Source: Minutocellus sp. GHC0000111 (taxonomy: Eukaryota). Taken from it: a DNA stretch of 64,000 bases. The stretch covers positions 6,758,001 through 6,822,000 of the forward strand of contig OZ361256.1 in the NCBI GenBank assembly GCA_977018835.1, written 5' to 3'. A model generated the notes under the pieces. The model made no database searches, was not told the origin of the DNA, and saw only the letters and a list, made by a program, of their open reading frames with translations. Position 1 is the stretch's first letter, and the number at the start of each line of letters is the position of its first letter. Of this stretch, positions 45,349 through 55,974 are shown piece after piece. Position numbers and translations under genes: made by a program.

Positions 45349-46872
45349 ATGCCATCGTTTGCCCGTGCCGCCGCCGCCCTGGCCCTGGTGGCCGCCGCCG
45401 CAACCATCGACGGATCGTCGGCTTTTACCCTCACTCCGCCAACCTCGGCACTGTCTCGTTCGGCCGCCTCTCGAAACCATGTCGTCGTCCTGCACATGTC
45501 TACTTCGACATCCGGTATCGCACTCCCACCACCCTCCGGTGCCCTGCCATTGGCCCTCAAGAAGCCCTCCAAGACCCTCACAGTCTGTCTCGAATACGAC
45601 GGCAGCAGCGGCGGTGGCATCGATGCTTCTTCTTCGGACCTGGCCACCCTGTCCATGCAGCTCCGCAAGGTCAAGGCCGGTGCCATCTTCACCGCCGACA
45701 TTGCCGCCCTAAAAGAATTTGCCACCGAGCAGGAATCGGCCAGGGGGGGCTTCCCAGGGCCTTGTCCCGTGGTGTATTGTGGTGACGTCGGGGACATTGC
45801 CGATGCTGTTGGTGCCGGTGCCTCGGCGGTGGTTTTGAGTCCCGAGTCTGCTGACAAAGCAGCCGATGTACAGAATGCCGATATTATCTGGGAGGTCAAC
45901 TCGGTGGCTGAAGTTGAGGCCGTCATGGCCGTGCAGGAGGCTGCCGATTCCTTCTTGGTTGGGGGAGATGATGTCGAGGCAGTCATTGCGGCTCTGCCTG
46001 GAAAGACGTCGTGCGCCATCGGCTCGGTTCGGGCCATGCAGGAGGACGACGCCGAGATTGCCGAGGGACGCAACCTCAAAAAGGCCGGTTGTGCCTCCAT
46101 CTTTATCCGGAACGCCATTGTGGGCGATGCCGAGGATTTGGAATATGCCCAGTTTGCCGTCGGCGGTTTGACCAGCAAGGCATCGTCGGAATTCAACTTT
46201 TCTGGACTGACCGGATCGGCCAATGGGCACTTTGGTGGGGTCGCCAGCTCGGGCAAGGGCAACAAGTGGAAGCGAAACATGTCCTTGAACATGATTGCTA
46301 ACAGCGTCTTTGGCAATGCACTGGAGGAAATTGAGGAGACCCAGGAACAGGAAGAGGTTGATAAGTCGAGCGAGGAGACTGTTGTGGTTACCGCTGAAGA
46401 GGCTGTAGAAGAGGCTGATAGTAAGGATGAGGTGAAGGAGGAGGAACCGGAAATATTGGCAGTTGACGAGGGAGATACCAAAGAAGAAGAAAAGGAAGAG
46501 AGTAAAGAAGATACAATTCCCGAGCCGGAACTCGTTGAAGCATTGAGCGATGTAGCGGAAGTCGAAGTCGAACCTGAAAGTGAGCAAAACTCGGAGCCCG
46601 AACTTGTCGAAGCCCTGCAAGAGGTCAAGGCACCTGAACCAGCAGAGCCTGAACCAGCAGAGCCCGAACCAGAATCGGAGCTTGCTTCGAACCTTTCTGA
46701 TGCAGCCAAATACTTCTTGAGTTCCAGTGGTCTTCGGAAGAATATCCCTGATGCCGAAGCAAAGAGTGCGGCGTCTATTGTCAAGGAGCGAGAAGACGCG
46801 TCCCGACGAGAGCTGGAATTACGAATTGAGAGGCTTGGAATTGGTGCCAATGAGGAGGAAGAAGATGCATAG
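45349..46872 (+). CDS. Plastid-targeted TIM-barrel (IGPS-like) protein with a long acidic C-terminal tail
   Basis: Signal peptide ending SSAF; beta/alpha alternation (AVGAGASAVVL, IIWEVNSVAEV, LKKAGCASIFI); Glu/Pro-rich tail with an EPELVEAL repeat. Confidence 0.6.
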   Translation: MPSFARAAAALALVAAAATIDGSSAFTLTPPTSALSRSAASRNHVVVLHMSTSTSGIALPPPSGALPLALKKPSKTLTVCLEYDGSSGGGIDASSSDLATLSMQLRKVKAGAIFTADIAALKEFATEQESARGGFPGPCPVVYCGDVGDIADAVGAGASAVVLSPESADKAADVQNADIIWEVNSVAEVEAVMAVQEAADSFLVGGDDVEAVIAALPGKTSCAIGSVRAMQEDDAEIAEGRNLKKAGCASIFIRNAIVGDAEDLEYAQFAVGGLTSKASSEFNFSGLTGSANGHFGGVASSGKGNKWKRNMSLNMIANSVFGNALEEIEETQEQEEVDKSSEETVVVTAEEAVEEADSKDEVKEEEPEILAVDEGDTKEEEKEESKEDTIPEPELVEALSDVAEVEVEPESEQNSEPELVEALQEVKAPEPAEPEPAEPEPESELASNLSDAAKYFLSSSGLRKNIPDAEAKSAASIVKEREDASRRELELRIERLGIGANEEEEDA

Positions 46873-46931
46873 CGACCTACATATTGACAATATAATATAG
46901 TATTGTAGATTTGACAAAGATATCAAACGCT

Positions 46932-48371
46932 CTAATAATCATTCATTGGGCTGCGCTGAAGTGCCGACTTGGTCGCCCCTGCTATTCGCTTCTTCCTCTT
47001 CTTCTTGCCAGTGCCAGGAGGAGTGGAATAAGTGCTGAGGACGCTCGTGTCCAATGCCGAGTTACCAGAAAGAACAATATTGAGTAACTCGTTGTTATGC
47101 CGCGGCAAATCCTCTGCATCGTCTTCATCAATCCCTTGGCGAAGCCGAGGGGGAGAAGCCAGCCCGCCACCAAATCCAAGGCTCAGACCACCACTCATCA
47201 CCGATGCACCACCCGACATGTTCATATGACTCCGACACCGAGGCAGATGCCGATCGGCATCCAAAAAATCGGCCATGATTGGGGAATACTTTTGCGAGCT
47301 GGGGTTGAGATCGAACGCATCCTCAACACGCTGCAGCGACTGCCAGTACGATTCCAATTCGGCTCTGCGACTTTCCACAAAACTTGGATCGTGATTCCCC
47401 ACGAACCAAGCGTATACGGCATGACCACCGGGAAAGCTCAGTCCCCACCCATTATTGAGAGCATCGATTTGCCAGCCGTAGGCTTTTCGTAATTTTTCAT
47501 CCACCAACTTGAATGCCGAATATCGTCTCCAAACGGACCACACCAGCTCTTCCTGGGATCGGATGGACAGCCGACACACAATCTCGTACTCGATATGGGT
47601 TCCGCCAACATCGTCGTTGTTTTGATTTCGATTGCCTACGTACTCGTCGTCTTCTTCTAAATTTTCCGACGAGGAGTGTATCCGCGCCCGGCGCAAGCTG
47701 GACGAAAACGAATAGAGCTTGCCGCTGCTACCACTTCCCCAACCACCTCTCGGTGGCGACGAAGCTGACTTGTCAAACAATCCCGACGATGATAATTCAC
47801 CATTGTGACCGTTACCGGTCTGCTCTTGATGTTGTTGCTGCCGCATCCTGCGCTGCTCTTGTCGAAACGCCGCCGGTCCGGTTGCCGGCACTACCTCAAA
47901 GCTAAGAGATTGCAATCTCGGCGGAGGCTTCTTGTTCTGATTGTTGTTCTTATAATTGTTTCCAAAGTCGTTTGTATCTTTCTTGTTGTTATTGTTAGCG
48001 TCATGTCCATGCACCATGCTCTTGAGCATGTCCATGACCTGCCGAAAGCTCCTGGCGGTAACATCCACGTTGTTGATCTTGACCAACCGATCGCCGAGAC
48101 GGACCTGGCCGGTGCGCTGGATGGGACCGAGGCCACCGCCCTGTTCCGAAGGGAGTCGTTCCCATCCCGCCAAGATGGTCAAAGTCGACTCCTGCGCGTT
48201 CGTGGTGTACGTTGGGCAGGCGGGAGCGAGGAGCACGCCGAGGGGAGTTCTGGGTGGATGATCGGACAGATTGATGGTGACGACGCGGCCAATGTGTGTG
48301 TGCTTTCCGGAGGAGGATCCACCGCCGCTGCCACCGGCGCCGGTGCCGCTGCTTCGGTGACGGCTCGTCAT
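46932..48371 (-). CDS. PDZ + PX domain protein
   Basis: PLGVLL..GQVRLGDRLVKINNVDV..SFRQVMDMLK (PDZ); WSVWRRYSAFKLVDEKL..FVESRRAELESY (PX). Confidence 0.85.
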   Translation of the reverse strand: MTSRHRSSGTGAGGSGGGSSSGKHTHIGRVVTINLSDHPPRTPLGVLLAPACPTYTTNAQESTLTILAGWERLPSEQGGGLGPIQRTGQVRLGDRLVKINNVDVTARSFRQVMDMLKSMVHGHDANNNNKKDTNDFGNNYKNNNQNKKPPPRLQSLSFEVVPATGPAAFRQEQRRMRQQQHQEQTGNGHNGELSSSGLFDKSASSPPRGGWGSGSSGKLYSFSSSLRRARIHSSSENLEEDDEYVGNRNQNNDDVGGTHIEYEIVCRLSIRSQEELVWSVWRRYSAFKLVDEKLRKAYGWQIDALNNGWGLSFPGGHAVYAWFVGNHDPSFVESRRAELESYWQSLQRVEDAFDLNPSSQKYSPIMADFLDADRHLPRCRSHMNMSGGASVMSGGLSLGFGGGLASPPRLRQGIDEDDAEDLPRHNNELLNIVLSGNSALDTSVLSTYSTPPGTGKKKRKKRIAGATKSALQRSPMNDY

Positions 48372-48709
48372 CTTGGCGACGTGTTCTGCCGTGATGTGCT
48401 CGTATCTTCGTGCTCAAATTTTCGAGTTCGAAATCAAAGATCCACTAGAACGCAATTTATTTATTAGTGCTTCAAAAAATAAATCGAAAAAAGACTTGCC
48501 GAGGGCCACCAAAAGTATTATTGCAAAACCATTATGAGAATTTTGTGAGAATTAAACCTAAAGATTACGTAAACGAGTTCCTCAAAATAAAGATGGGTTT
48601 TCACTTCGTACTTATCTGCCTCCAAAACTCGCATAAAGCACTCGGTTTCACTTGCCCCGACCATTTTCTGCTTTCTGTTGCCACCAATCTTGCCATAATT
48701 GAAGGCACC

Positions 48710-50551
48710 ATGGGGGAATCGACGACCACCGCTCCTCTACGAGTACGCAGGAGGCGTCCTCGTGCCCTCCTGGGTCTCTCCTTTGCCGCCGTATCCTTAG
48801 CGGTCGCATCGGCCGCTGACGAGCAGCAGACCAAAAGCAACACCGTCCGACGACCGCCGGTCTCTTCCAGACATGATGACGCAGAGGTGCCGGGACCGGA
48901 CGGTGAATTACCAACCAATCGGAGAAACTTGGCCATCACGGACCTCTTCCAGCCACCCTCGGCCAGGGGTCAGGGAGATAGTGGTAATGCATCCGTTCTG
49001 AAAGGTCCCGCTGACGATAATGAAAACGGCCATCGCGGCACGAGCATCCGAGGAGACGGACGAGATCACGACCTGGAACCGCGCGACGTCTTCGGGCGAG
49101 ACCGCACCTCCAACGTCGCCGATGGAGACGCCGAGATCGGACCAGCCTACGCCGGATATCCCGGCGGTCCGTCGCCCTACATTGTCAACGGATTCAATGT
49201 CCCGGCGAACAGATTTCCGTTCTTCGCCGCCGCCATGAACAGCGGCGCTCGACCTTTGGAGGTTGTGCCGGCGTGCTGATCGCCGAGGATTGGATCTTGA
49301 CGGCCGGCCACGTGAGTTAGTTGGTGGGCGTTGATCTGGTTACAATATGCTTTGCTTAAAAAAAGATGCGCTGTGCTTATTCTATGTTGTGGTTGGCATA
49401 TGATTCAATTCGATCTGTACCACGCATGGCCGATTATCAATTTTCTAAATGTGTGATCATCACAGATATGCCCTCTTTGTCTCCTCACCATGATATCTCA
49501 CGATATGCATCCTCGTCCTTACCAAATACTCTAATCGATCAAATCAACCCGTCCCATGTACCAACAGTGCGTCGCCAATGGTTACAATGGTGCCGATCCT
49601 CCCAACATTGCCTACTGGGAGGTCGGGTACATGGGCGCAGCATGTCTCAATCAACAGAACAACTGCGGCCAGGCCTACGTCGATGTCCAGCACGTCGAAA
49701 CCCGAGTCCATCCTGACTACGACTGGTGGACCAATTCCATCTATCCCGACATGTCCCTGGTCCGACTGTCAACGCCGGTCACTTTTATTGACCCCGTCGA
49801 AATCGACACTGGTGAATACGTTCGATATGGTGGCGATGAGTCCAACCTCCGAGGAAGAAGATTCACCGTCATCGGTGCGGGATGGACCGTTGGACAGAAT
49901 CGCAATTCCTTTCCACAGTATCTGCAGCAGGTTGATGTGCCCTTTGTTCCCCGGGATCAGTGCGCCGCTGCTTATGGTGACAGCCCCAATTCGGCCCACT
50001 GGAGGACCGAACTGTGTGCCGGAGCACAGAATCTAGATTCCTGCAATGGCGATTCAGGAGGCCCCCTCGTCATTCAAGAGGGATATGGCAGCTCCGCCAC
50101 GTATCGACTCCTCGCCACCGTGTCGTATGGGACACCTGATTGTGACGGCACACCACCCGGAGTCTACGCGACGGTGGGCAACCAAATTTCCTGGATCCGA
50201 TCTGTGGTATGCGATGGTTATCGCGACCCTTCGTTTTGTTTGAACCCGCCCACCCCAAGACCACCAACACCGAGACCGCCCACTCCCCGTCCACCTACCA
50301 CGCCCGAAGACGAAACTCGCACTGTAATCACTTCCGGGGACAAGGCCCTTTGTGACTGGGAGAGGTTGAACTTGTACAAGCGCAAAGGAAGGCGCAATGG
50401 CCGACCCGCCGTCAAGGAATCCTGCATCGAGCTTAGCCGGCGTACCAATAGGAACCGCTCAAAGATCTGTCGAAAGAAGAAGGCAGCGAAACGAAATTGT
50501 CCCCAAACCTGCAGGGGTCAGTGCTCAGCTTACTTTCGAACTGTGGATTAG
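48710..50551 (+). CDS. Secreted trypsin-like S1 serine protease with a Pro-rich linker and Cys-rich C-terminal module; intron 49312-49567; frameshift near 49255
   Basis: IVNG mature start, WILTAGH|C, DMSLVRL and DSCNGDSGGP; PPTPR repeats; CPQTCRGQC. Confidence 0.92.
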
Positions 50552-50674
50552 AGAAACAATAATATCTTTAGAATACTACTAGAGCTAACAAAGCTAAATC
50601 TCCTCTTCTAAGTTGGATGTCTTATTATTAAAATTAACTTCAATAGTAGTAGTATCCTCGATAATCCAGCAGGC

Positions 50675-52213
50675 TCAGAGTTCTCCGATGTCGAAAAATT
50701 GTTGTTCACCGTACTCCACATCGACCATCAATTCCTTTCGTACACTTTTGTCTTGATTGTAAGCGACAAAGAGGTGACCAGGATGGGCATTGAGCTCCAG
50801 AGTATCTCCAGCCTCCAAAGCTTCTTCGTGCGCTGGAATTTCCTCTCCTTCCTCATTAATCCAGAAAACACTGACCGCATCTTTCAAAGAGTTTATAAAA
50901 GTGGTAACGACCGACTCTGGCTCGCCGATATCAAAGTACTGGCGCTCACCGTATTCTGCCTCGACCTCTAGCTCCATTTCGAAACTTCTATCCTCGTCGT
51001 AGGCTACAAAGACGTGGCCTGGATGGGTATTGAGTCGAACGGTGTCTCCAGGTTTGATCGGCTCTTCCAGTGCGGGCACTTCCTCGCCCTCCTCGCTTAT
51101 GTAAAACAGCGTAACCGGGTTCTCGTGCGAGTTGGTAATAATGGTTTCAATAACTTCGGGTGGCTCGATATCCTCTCCTTTCAACAAAGCTTTCACAGCC
51201 TTTTCAATCTCAGCATTCTCCTCATCAGTAATGGTGGGAACCATCGATAGCGAGTAGGGTGAATTCTCATCCTGGTGTGCCAGGCTGGAGGCGCGAGGAA
51301 TCACAGACACATTTTGCTGGACAAGCCAGGCGAGGACAGTTTGTGCCACGGTGCTGCGTCCGAGATCGTCGCCAATGTGTTTCAGAACTCTGTATGCATT
51401 CGGGGCAGCATCGCGCCTCTGGACGACTCCATTCATCACGTTGTAGGCCTGGAATATCACCTTATTTTCTTTCACCATGTTCATTAGCCATGGATCAAAC
51501 ATGAGCGACCAAACATTGCCCTGGATGATGTGAGGGACAATCTCAAACTCGTCAATCAATGTTTTGAAGTCCTCGTGGCCAAAGTTGGAAACACCGATGG
51601 ATTCGATCTGCCTCAATTCATCGTCAGCATACAGTTCCTCCAGGGCCTTCCAGCTACCCTTCCAAGCGTCCGGATCTTTGTGGGGAGGTGGGCCGGCATC
51701 CTTGACGTGCTGGGGCAACCGCTCCTCTTCCCCCTCACAGTCCATCCAGGATATTTCGTCGTTGCATCGTGGCCAATGAAGCAACACATGCACACGAACG
51801 TACTGACCGGATGGGAACGCCTTGAGATTGGCAAAGGATTCCTTCACTGCGAGGGTGGTCCGCTCGTGCCCGAGGTACGTATACCATACTTTCGTTATCA
51901 CGTGTACGGTATCATCCTCCGTGACACCCTTGAGAGCGTTATCAATGGCCTCGGCGAGCGGGACTTCGTTGCTTGCACCGGTGTCGAGGAGGCGGTAGCC
52001 CATTGGACTCTCGCCAGCGAGGGCATAATTGACGACTTGGTTAATTCTGTCGGAGGGTAAGTTGCCAACTCCGAACCCGATTAGTGGCATCTCAGCACCA
52101 TCGTAGCGGCGGGCCTTGGGGTAATGATCGTCGGAAGAGGCGGAAACGAGCTGACCTACAAGGCCGAGGAAGCACGCTGCGGCGGCGGCGACGACGAGAG
52201 GGTTGACCATCAT
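50675..52213 (-). CDS. Aldo/keto reductase-fold protein with a signal peptide and two C-terminal VHL-beta-like repeats
   Basis: MPLIGFG, ITKVW, LLHWP, WKALEELY, IGVSNF and LAWLVQ..VIPR; two ~80-aa repeats (V.LFY/FW..EEGEE.PA..GDT..LN.HPGH.FVAY); ends in GEL. Confidence 0.85.
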   Translation of the reverse strand: MMVNPLVVAAAAACFLGLVGQLVSASSDDHYPKARRYDGAEMPLIGFGVGNLPSDRINQVVNYALAGESPMGYRLLDTGASNEVPLAEAIDNALKGVTEDDTVHVITKVWYTYLGHERTTLAVKESFANLKAFPSGQYVRVHVLLHWPRCNDEISWMDCEGEEERLPQHVKDAGPPPHKDPDAWKGSWKALEELYADDELRQIESIGVSNFGHEDFKTLIDEFEIVPHIIQGNVWSLMFDPWLMNMVKENKVIFQAYNVMNGVVQRRDAAPNAYRVLKHIGDDLGRSTVAQTVLAWLVQQNVSVIPRASSLAHQDENSPYSLSMVPTITDEENAEIEKAVKALLKGEDIEPPEVIETIITNSHENPVTLFYISEEGEEVPALEEPIKPGDTVRLNTHPGHVFVAYDEDRSFEMELEVEAEYGERQYFDIGEPESVVTTFINSLKDAVSVFWINEEGEEIPAHEEALEAGDTLELNAHPGHLFVAYNQDKSVRKELMVDVEYGEQQFFDIGEL

Positions 52214-52444
52214 GGTGGTGCAGGCAGAATGACGAGCACGATCGGCAAGAAGCTTGCTAAAAACGAAAAGCAGAAGGGGAACTCATCATGAAAGGAGGAA
52301 AAACTTACCCGCCCAAGAACCACGTGCAAGAACTGCTCCCAATCGCCTCCACCTCCAACCAACCCAACGTACCAACGTGTTCTGCCTTTCGTACATAATT
52401 GATTTCTCTGCTTTCTAGCTTGCTATTTCGCTAGCGAATCAACG

Positions 52445-53212
52445 ATGCCGCAGAATAGCAGCGAAGGAACACTAATGATAGGCATCCTGCTGGTCACAAT
52501 TCTCACGTTCTTCGTGCCGTCGGCAGAACATGGCGCATCGTTCTCCGAGATAGTTCGTGCCATCCATTCGATGTTGGAACGACTGTATGTTCTTGGCGTT
52601 CTGGCATATTTATCCGTCCTGTGTTACAATCAGCATCGCCAAATATCCAGAATAAAAGGATATGACCAAGATACAGAACAAGATGACGTGAGAATTGCAG
52701 ACGATGGGTCGTACGTGGTGGTATCGCCGCCAGAATCTCTCGACGGAGAGGAGGACAACGAAGGTGATGATGGTGATATCGTCAACTTGACGGGGACCTT
52801 CAAGCTGGCGAAGAATGTGGACTTTGACAAATTTTTAGAAGCTCAAGGCGTGGGATGGGCTCTGCGCTCGGCTGCCAACAAGGCACGGCCGGTTCACACC
52901 ATCACTCACAGAGGGCGGACATTGAGGATTCAAATAACTGGAATAATCACGGGAGATACCACCTATAAGATCGGTGGTCCACCTGTAACCAGTCAGATTC
53001 GAGATCGAGTGTTTTCAGATACAGTCCAGTACCTGGATAGCAAAGATGGGATCAGGGTAAACAAACAGTGTGTATCGGGTGGAGATGGGAAAATATTAGT
53101 AACACGACAACTCAGTAGATGCGGAAGTGAATTGACCATGAAGTCAAAATGTGTCTTTGAAGATGGACGAGAATCTGTGGAGGCTGTTCAGACCTTTGAA
53201 CGAGTATCTTGA
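52445..53212 (+). CDS. Membrane-anchored FABP/calycin-like lipid-binding protein
   Basis: NLTGTFKLAKNVDFDKFLEAQGVGWALR, VTRQL and QTFER; N-terminal hydrophobic segments. Confidence 0.7.
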   Translation: MPQNSSEGTLMIGILLVTILTFFVPSAEHGASFSEIVRAIHSMLERLYVLGVLAYLSVLCYNQHRQISRIKGYDQDTEQDDVRIADDGSYVVVSPPESLDGEEDNEGDDGDIVNLTGTFKLAKNVDFDKFLEAQGVGWALRSAANKARPVHTITHRGRTLRIQITGIITGDTTYKIGGPPVTSQIRDRVFSDTVQYLDSKDGIRVNKQCVSGGDGKILVTRQLSRCGSELTMKSKCVFEDGRESVEAVQTFERVS

Positions 53213-53338
53213 TGTCGAGATACTAATGGCCTAGATGATTGAAAATAAAACACTATGTAGTAGAGCTAAAATTCACCCATAACAATTTACGTAACTATTG
53301 TTACGCAAAAGATCTACTTCTTGGATGGAGCAAAGAAA

Positions 53339-55617
53339 CTATCGATGCCCCGCTTTCGCTACTCCAGCACTCTGCCGTTGAGGGCTACGAGAATACGCAG
53401 CAATATCTTTCATTACCGATGCTCGTATATCAGCTGGCAATTCGTTCAAGAAGTCCTGATCGATATCGTTTGGATTGCCTCTTTTTAGTTGGCGAGATCT
53501 TGCCGGAATTGTCGCTTGAGACGGTGGGATTGGAAGCTGGAGGCTTTTGTGCCAACCAACCATTAATACCATTTTTCTTCCCCGATGGCTTGGCCTTCTC
53601 CCTCTTTCCCTGAGTCATTCTTATTTCCGACTGTATTGGCGGTGGAAGCTGTGACAAGACCTCTTGGTCGATATCGTCTGAGAGAATGTCGCCGCCGCTC
53701 GATCCTGCCTCTGGCTCATCTTTTTTCTTTGATACTTCTACTGCAGCATCTTCATCAGGTTTAGTCGGTTTTCCAGAATTCACAATACTCTGTTGCTGGG
53801 ACCACATTGTCTTTAGAGACGGCTTCTTCTCCTTCACGCGAGCCCGAATCCTATCGGAAGATGATTGCGCTGCTCCCCCGTCAACTTTGCGCGTAGATGC
53901 CTTTCCAAAAGCAGCCATGATACTTTTTGATTCATCAGCAACTTCCACAAAAGAAGACGCAAAGACAGTCAACCCCTCAATCTTTGATCCCGATGAGGGC
54001 CTTGTAATCTGACGAACCAATTTCACTGCCGTTTCGGTATACCGCTCGAAGGAGCTAGGTGCGGATGTACTCTTAGATGCGCTTCGCTTCTTGTCGGACA
54101 TGTGAACACTTACCCCAAATAATTTTGGTGTTCGCAAATTCTCCTTGTGGTCGACTGCTAATCTCTCTGTCAGCTCACCGCATAGCTCGCCAGTCCACTC
54201 GTCCTCGTCGGATGGGTCTAATGCAAGGTGATTCCTGAAAGTCTTCCCACACCCAATACTCTTGCAAAGCGTCCTTCACTGACTTCTTCCGTACAAATAC
54301 CGCGAGAAATTGAAATTGAGCCGTTTCGTCATCAGGCGATGGGGGATAGTGCCTCTGAATTTCCCCCAGCGAGAGCTTTGCCACATCGCCGACGGTTGCA
54401 ACGCCCAGCTTATCCGATACGTCAACGCCAAACTTCCCTCCAAGGCCCTTGATTCGACCGATGGGCAATGGGTGGAACAGCTTCTGAAGTGTGTCGCCTT
54501 CTTCTGGATTGATTAGGGTTTGGCGATTGGGTTTCTTCATTCCAGACGCAAGCTTGGCCAGAGTCTTGTTAGTACTAATGCCAGCCGAGAGAGTAAAAGT
54601 GGTCCCCTCCCTACCATCTTCAGCCTTGGCAGTAAAATGCAACGCAACATCTGACCTAGCGCGAGCGGCCAGAGCCGCTCCACATGCTAGGGCAATCTCC
54701 AAATCGGTCCATTCGCTTAGATTTCGTTGCCACCAGGCCTTGGAGCCGGTATCCAAGAGTGTTTCTCCAGACGAGTCCAGTACCTGAAATTGCGATCCCT
54801 TGCGAAGCTCATCCTTGCTCAGCGAGTTGGCCGCTAGTGCATTGGCATTGATCTCCTCGACTCCACCCACGGTGGTACACTGCGCCGCCCCCAGGTCGTG
54901 CAGAATATCTTGCCAATAGCTGCTGCACTTTCCTGCCGATGAAGAATTTGTGTCTCGTTCACTCCGATGAGAATCTCGCTCCTGCATCACCTTCTGGGCC
55001 ATGTCATGAGCCACCGGTGTCACATCGACATAAATCTCATCGATACTTGCCTTCTCCACCAATATTTTTTCCGCCGATGCCTTGGAGGGTGTATTCTCCT
55101 TGATGCTGGCCACCAACTTGTTCAGTACCCGATAACTCGCATCTCGGTACATGGTCAGGTCAGCCTTGCCATGCTTGACTGGCACCTGCACAATGCGCAA
55201 GTTGGGACACTTCTTCACGGCATCTCTGCCGCGGTCGTTGCGCTTCACACCCTCGGCACGTGCCTCGTACGACACGGCGATGAGAGATCCGTTGGTGTCC
55301 CCATCGACGGGCTTTCCCGGTCGAACGATGAGCCGCTTGTCAATTTCATCGGAGGACGTTTCCTGAAGCTTGCCGTAGGGGTTGTATTGCGAGACGGCTG
55401 CAAGGAGATGAACATGGTACATGTATGGAGCGGTTGATTGAATGAGTGGTACAACGAAAAAATGCTCATTGACTCACTCATCGTCACGTACACACAAATG
55501 GCATAACTTACCGACGGGAACGTGCAAGAGGGCGTTGGGATTTAGTTCACGCTCACATCCGACATACATGGCATCGACGTCCACGTGGCAGATGATTCGG
55601 TGCTGTGCTGGCGCCAT
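53339..55617 (-). CDS. POLH: Y-family translesion DNA polymerase, Pol eta-like, with two UBM-like motifs; intron 55511-55398; several frameshifts (54200-54320, ~53470)
   Basis: IICHVDVDAMY, AVSQY, LIAVSYEARAEGV, GKADLTMYR, EKASIDE, SAGISTNKTLAKL..KPNRQT and IKGLGGKFG; DIDQEVLSQLP and DIDQDFLNELP. Confidence 0.88.
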
Positions 55618-55974
55618 TGTTATTACTATTTTCGATTGCTTATCTTCCACCAGAGCAGAACCACCATCGTTGCTTTTTGCTTGGCTGCTTTCGTCGTCAT
55701 GATAGTTTTAAGGGGCGGTTAGACGTGTTTAGGTGTTCCCTAATTTAAAAAGAAACCCGGAGCAGCTAAAGGCCGAAAGTGCGAACAAGAAAGAAATGCA
55801 GAAAGGAGGCAGAAAAGAGAAGCCCCACTTCAGCACGTCACCAGTGCACGCACGCCAGCAACACGCCGCCATCGCCAGCATGCTCCCAAGGCTCCCACTC
55901 AACGGCTGATAGTCAGTCATCGCCTCATCAGCCGGCCAATCGGCATCCCCAGCACTTGTTGGTAGAGAGCCGCC

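Noticed and set aside
43467..46850. Long antisense ORFs (43467-44993 +, 45300-46850 -; likewise 34781-35908 + and 37069-38091 -)
   Set aside because: Shadow ORFs caused by the GC-rich codon bias of the real genes on the opposite strand; no motifs.
20338..52213. Functional cluster linking the prolyl hydroxylase, F-box-like and VHL-like genes
   Set aside because: The genes are tens of kb apart among unrelated loci, the F-box call is weak, and the VHL-like repeats are on a secretory protein.
11286..55617. Many frameshifts read as programmed frameshifting or mass pseudogenisation
   Set aside because: They affect unrelated housekeeping genes, some at homopolymer runs (A-run at 14300, C-run at 17150), while motifs stay intact. 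This is typical of unpolished long-read consensus.
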